56,607 bases of DNA, taken from assembly GCF_001194135.2 (NCBI RefSeq), contig NC_068990.1:87091420-87148026 (forward strand), given 5' to 3'. Positions 51,508 through 56,607 of this stretch are shown piece after piece; the first letter of the stretch is position 1, and the number at the start of each line of letters is the position of its first letter. Position numbers and translations under genes: made by a program. This stretch comes from Octopus bimaculoides. Taxonomy: Eukaryota. The notes beneath the pieces were generated by a model. The model was given only the letters and a program-made list of their open reading frames with translations, had not been told where the DNA came from and did not search any database.

Positions 51508-52078
51508 AGTTAGCTTTTATATGCAGAACAACTCATCACTGGTAAGAAAGATGCAACAGATAACTATTCTAAGAGTACTACATTATTGGGAAGGACATCA
51601 TTGATTTGGTGTGGCATCGGATTGTTAGAGTAGAGCTTTAGCCTTAAGATTCCTCCATTTTCCACAAATATTGATGGTTCTTTTAATGTTATTCTCATCG
51701 AATTTCAGACTAATTTGGTACCTCGTCCTCCGATTAATTCTTCGTTGGTTACATATGCAGCAATAATTTCTGCAGCAAAAAGTTTAACTTGAACAGCTGA
51801 ATATTTCTAAGATGACAACTGCTTGTTTCGAACAGGCTAACAACATGTTTAAATGCGACCTATGTCAAGGGAAATATATAGTGTGTTGTATGTTATACTG
51901 TGGGGAAGTAGTTTCAAGTGATGTTAACGTTACCATTGCAGCAATAAAAGCCAAGAAATCTATCCAGTTTGCGATACCCGACTAAATCTAAAGTTGATAT
52001 TATCAACCATCAACTGTAACTCCAGGTTAGGATATGGCTGAGGTACAACGACCGGTGTGTATGTTGTGTAATACGACG
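51508..52078 (+). pseudogene. TUBA: Alpha-tubulin pseudogene (fragmentary, internally deleted)
   Basis: Reads AEQLITGKKDATDNYSK(fs)YIIGKDIIDLVWHRI...IFH / [37 protein letters not shown](fs)[60 protein letters not shown]...YQPSTVTPG*DMAEVQRPVCMLCNTT. This aligns to alpha-tubulin ([33 protein letters not shown]) at about residues 84-139 and 244-382, with stops and frameshifts. Confidence 0.93.
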
Positions 52079-53388
52079 TTATATAACAAAACAAATTTGC
52101 TAAAGTGAAGTTCATGGACTTCACATTGTCTTTCCTGGACACATATATATACATATATATATATATATACTATTCATTAATGTTCTGCAACCAAAGGCTA
52201 TCCGAAAAATGCTACATACTAAGTCACGCTATATCGAAAAGATGAAAAGAAAGCTGATCTTAATTTGTACGCGCATTCTAAAATTTTATACTGTATCTTT
52301 TGAGATTTGCAGAGTACTAACGAAGCCACACATCATTTTTAACAAGCAGCGATTTTTTTTGTTTTTGTTGTTTTTTTTTTGTTTGTTTGTTTTTTTTGTT
52401 CTGTTTCCCCAACTGCTGCAAAGTTTTACTGAACAACGCCATGTTTGAATTTTTTGCACACCAACATGACATTAACGCATCTTTAATTGTTCAATTTCTA
52501 TTTTCGTAATTTTATCGATTTTTATGTTGGAACTATCTTAAAATTGTGTAAATTGTATTTATTGTGGGCATTACGTCTCTGTGCCAGTAGTTTTACTTTG
52601 TGGCTTGGTGTTGTTCAGTACAGATATATGACATGTATACATATATATATATGTATGCATGTGCGTATGTATGTATGTATGTATGTATGTATGTATGTAT
52701 GTATGTATATATATGTGTATGTGTATGTATATATATACATATATATATACGTATTTATAATATATATATATANNNNNNNNNNNNNNNNNNNNNNNNNNNN
52801 NNNNNNNNNNNNNNNNNNNNNNNNNNNNNNNNNNNNNNNNNNNNNNNNNNNNNNNNNNNNNNNNNNNNNNNNNNNNNNNNNNNNNNNNNNNNNNNNNNNN
52901 NNNNNNNNNNNNNNNNNNNNNNNNNNNNNNNNNNNNNNNNNNNNNNNNNNNNNNNNNNNNNNNNNNNNNNNNNNNNNNNNNNNNNNNNNNNNNNNNNNNN
53001 NNNNNNNNNNNNNNNNNNNNNNNNNNNNNNNNNNNNNNNNNNNNNNNNNNNNNNNNNNNNNNNNNNNNNNNNNNNNNNNNNNNNNNNNNNNNNNNNNNNN
53101 NNNNNNNNNNNNNNNNNNNNNNNNNNNNNNNNNNNNNNNNNNNNNNNNNNNNNNNNNNNNNNNNNNNNNNNNNNNNNNNNNNNNNNNNNNNNNNNNNNNN
53201 NNNNNTATATATATACATACATACATACATACATACATACATACATACATACAGACAGACAGACACACACACAGACACACACAGAGACACACATACATAA
53301 GTAAGCCTGTGGGCGCTGTACAGCTTTATCTGTCCCCATCAATAGAAATATTAATTATAACTAGGATATTACTGCCTATAATTTGTAG

Positions 53389-53454
53389 GTTTGGAGCAGA
53401 AGATCGCTCTAGCATCTAAAAACACGAGTCGATATTATGTTACATTGAATAACG
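53389..53454 (+). CDS. Candidate exon, possible gene 2 (66 nt, phase 1 to 1; xLEQKIALASKNTSRYYVTLNN)
   Basis: Acceptor tactgcctataatttgtag, consensus donor ACG|GTAAGT, open symmetric frame. Confidence 0.5.
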
Positions 53455-53698
53455 GTAAGTGAATAATTGGTTTCAGCAAGACTTTTCTCAAAGAAAACTA
53501 ACAAAACTCCTGATAAAATGATAAACTCCATCTAAATTCTATGAAGGACAGCTAACCAATAGCCATATAAACGTTTACGTTTCATTGATTAGCTTCCGTT
53601 TTTAGAATAACATCTTAAATGAATATACAGATATATAAATATATATAGAGAAAGAGACACACACACGCATACATATGTATGTATATGTATATACATAC

Positions 53699-53751
<53 letters not shown>

Positions 53752-54309
53752 NNNNNNNNNNTGCGTGTATATGTGTGTCTGAGTAGGTGTTCGTGTGGCT
53801 GTGTTAATGCATATACTCATTTGTTATATATGTGTACAATCGGTAATATATATATATATACTTGCTTACATGTAAATATTAAATATGAGCAAAACTATGT
53901 ACATTAGCATTGAAATATCTGAATATAGATAAAGAATTCATGAATACACGTGATATAATTGAAGGATACATACTATCACACTTCACTTTGCCCGATGTCC
54001 CTCACTCACTCTCTCTTCTTTTCAAGTTTTCCTTCTCTCTGTCCTCTCTTTTTCTCTCTCCTTCCCTCTCTCTCTCTCTCTCTCTCCCTCTCCCTTCTCT
54101 CTCTTTCTCGTGCAGAAATACACGATCACATTGTCAGTAACTAAATAATATGAAGTACTTACTTTATGCCCTGTTTGAGCCAAAAGAAGAGCATCCATGC
54201 GGCAGCACAAATTTCTAGACATCACAATTTAGTCTTCGTACAAAATCACACCTTATCGTTTTAAAGAAAAGAAAAACCGGGTCATGTAAAAACAGTTTTC
54301 AGTGTTCAG

Positions 54310-54336
54310 CGAAATATGAAATAAACTTCAAAGAAG
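54310..54336 (+). CDS. Candidate micro-exon (27 nt, phase 1 to 1; AKYEINFKE)
   Basis: Acceptor cagttttcagtgttcag, donor AAG|GTAACT; in frame with 53389-53454. Confidence 0.25.
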
Positions 54337-55559
54337 GTAACTGTATCAAAATGGCTGTTCCCAATTAATACCATTACCTGGCCTTCCAGAACCCGGTCTC
54401 CGTTCTGAGGATAACTTCGTCCACGCTTCCCACCAATATCAGAGATACTTCCAAAGAATCATGGGTGTGACATTTTGACATTCCCTTCTCTGATTAAGTC
54501 AAACATTTAATGTACAAATCACTACACACAAACACCCAGGTCAACACGATGGCCCTGCACCTCTTCTTTCTCCACTGTCTTACTTCCCACTCTTCTCTCC
54601 TCCTCTTCATTCCAGCTCTGTCTCATCTCCTACTCTCCTCCTCTCGTTTCTGTTCTTCCTTGTGTTCCGTCTTCTCTACTATGCCTTTACTTTGAATCTC
54701 TCCTCCACCTATTCGTTGTTCGCTACAGTTCTTCGGCTCCCACAAAATCCTCGTTGAACACTTTGACCAATCTTATATGCCATAGCCTGATACTATCTGG
54801 AATACTTAACTGTTTTAGTATGGCGGAGTATTAAAGCAGACAGACGGAAGAAAACATGTTGTAGATTAGAATTGATGATTTGGATGCTAAAACAGAAGTA
54901 ATATTGTACAGTTATAAATTGCCAACTTTCGGCAACATGGTTTATTGTTAAGAAATTGATTTAATTTGGGAAACAAAGATAAATGATTCTGGGTTTTGAC
55001 AGTTAAATTTTAAATTGCTAGTGGATGCTTTAAAGGTATTAGAGAGCTCATACATACATACATACAGACAGACACACGTACGTACGCACATACATACATA
55101 CATACATACACACACACGTACGTACGCACATTGATGCACTTGCTTATCTTAGTAAATGTTTGAGCGACAATCTGGAAAAGCTAGGATTTTCAAGCAAAGA
55201 GACCGGATGACACAAAGTTTGTAGATGCAATTTGTAAGTCAAACAGTAAGAATATGCAAGACTTTTTTAAAGTTCGATAGATAACAATTATCGTTATTAC
55301 TACACAAATTCCAGTGATGTCGCTTTTTTTTCTTTGCTTGAAATCAGCTCCCTCCTTCAAGGAAAAATGCTAAAAAATAAAGGAAAGTGAAATAAAGGAC
55401 ACACACATATATATACATACATGCACCTATATGTATGAGTAAGCATACATAGAACAAAACGATCATATCTGACATATACTTTCCAGAAGTTTATCATTTA
55501 AGTATATGTTATGTCTCAAGCGACTGCTATCTGGCACCTTCGGATGATCTCTACTCAGC

Positions 55560-55915
55560 CACTAAACAACCGCTACTCAACTGCTACTCAACACTCCTAC
55601 CACAGCCAGACTACCTCTATTTATATGTCTTGAGAGATCCTACTTCTTCGCCTGGGGACGTCGACACAAAAGTACATATGAGAATGTCTAGACATACAAC
55701 TATGTACATGAGAATATATACATAAAACAAAACATGCAAATCTGTTCGCATATATACATACGCACGTATATACATACATACATACATACATGCATACATA
55801 CATACGTACATACATACAGAAAAACCGTGTTAATGCTGTTGAAATTCCAATGAAGGTTGGATACCAGTTCTTTCTCTATTGACAAGAAATCTTGGAATGA
55901 AACTGAATGGCATAC
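55560..55915. mobile_element. Dispersed repeat family F (longer copy, with embedded TACA repeat)
   Basis: 3' part homologous to 20357-20468 with an internal deletion; the 5' boundary (ctactcaac...ccacagccagactacctctat...cttcttcgcctggggacgtcgacac) is approximate. Confidence 0.65.
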
Positions 55916-56099
55916 ATACATACATACATACAAAACAGTTACATATTGTTACAATTGCAAAGTCTTTACTCAAGATGTTGGAACACCAGAAAACTTTACT
56001 GAAAGGACGATAACATACCTGCGCAATATAAGAAGCAAGGAATTTAACAGCTGTCATTTTCTTCCTGCTCACAGCATATTGACGATAATCCGAACAGAA

Positions 56100-56400
56100 A
56101 ATATTCTTACAGCATTTTGTACAATTAATCAAAAATATTTCTTCAACAATCATAGAATTGTGACTGTTTTGACCTGGGCAGTCTCAAGCTTTGAACTCAG
56201 CTGAAAATATATGTCACATCATTCATTCAAAACTGGAATAAAGAACTTTTTTTTCAAAAGCAAAGAATTCTTTAATTCTGACAGTTTAGGAAGAATGGTA
56301 CTAATTAGAGCTCATATTATTGCAAAACTTTACTGGTACTGTGATCAAAAATATTATAAGAATTACAAAAAGAGTAAAGCAAAGTAAGTTTGCCAGACTT
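56100..56400 (+). mobile_element. Tc1-like transposase fossil (C-terminal part)
   Basis: From 56170: *PGQSQALNSAENICHIIHSKLE*...EEW...LLQNF, matching the Tc1 WPxQSPDLNPIENLW...EEW signature with stops. Confidence 0.7.
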
Positions 56401-56607
56401 ATCGATTATTACATTTTTCGGACATTGATAAACATAAATTCTATTTATAAAAATATATTCTCAATATAATAAAATGATTTCATTTCAATTCGAGATGAAA
56501 TGATAATAATTTTGAAAAAATCAGTTAAGAATTTGGCAGATGTACTATGTATATTGATTGGCTCGTATTCATATCTATCTATCCCTCTATCTATGTATAT
56601 ATATATA

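Noticed and set aside
53389-54336. WWE-domain resemblance (YYVTLNNAKYEINFKE)
   Set aside because: The similarity is limited to a YxIxF pattern; the following MxQxN…RxVRR segment was not found.

Overview
AT-rich, microsatellite-dense metazoan genomic DNA with 15 assembly gaps. The repeat content (tRNA-headed SINEs, TACA/TAGA/TA/TG microsatellites) looks like an Octopus (cephalopod) draft genome; this is inferred from pattern, not from a search. Almost all ORFs in the supplied track are artefacts of microsatellites and N-runs. The supportable content is: (1) scattered + strand exons of at least one intron-rich gene, best supported at 21395-21532 and 32106-32182, which join in frame into an acidic C-terminus carrying GYQRL and EKESLL sorting-type motifs, plus a possible second + strand gene at 47.6-54.3 kb; (2) a decayed, internally deleted alpha-tubulin pseudogene at 51508-52078; (3) two Penelope-like terminal repeats, each with a minimal type I hammerhead ribozyme motif (33680-33716 and 39595-39629, - strand); (4) fossils of mariner and Tc1 transposases, RLE-type (R4/Dong-like) LINE ends, and pogo- and hAT-like ends; (5) about 25 copies of 5-6 modular SINE families (labelled A-F here for convenience). 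No rRNA, true tRNA or CRISPR array is supported. Exon calls are manual and unvalidated.
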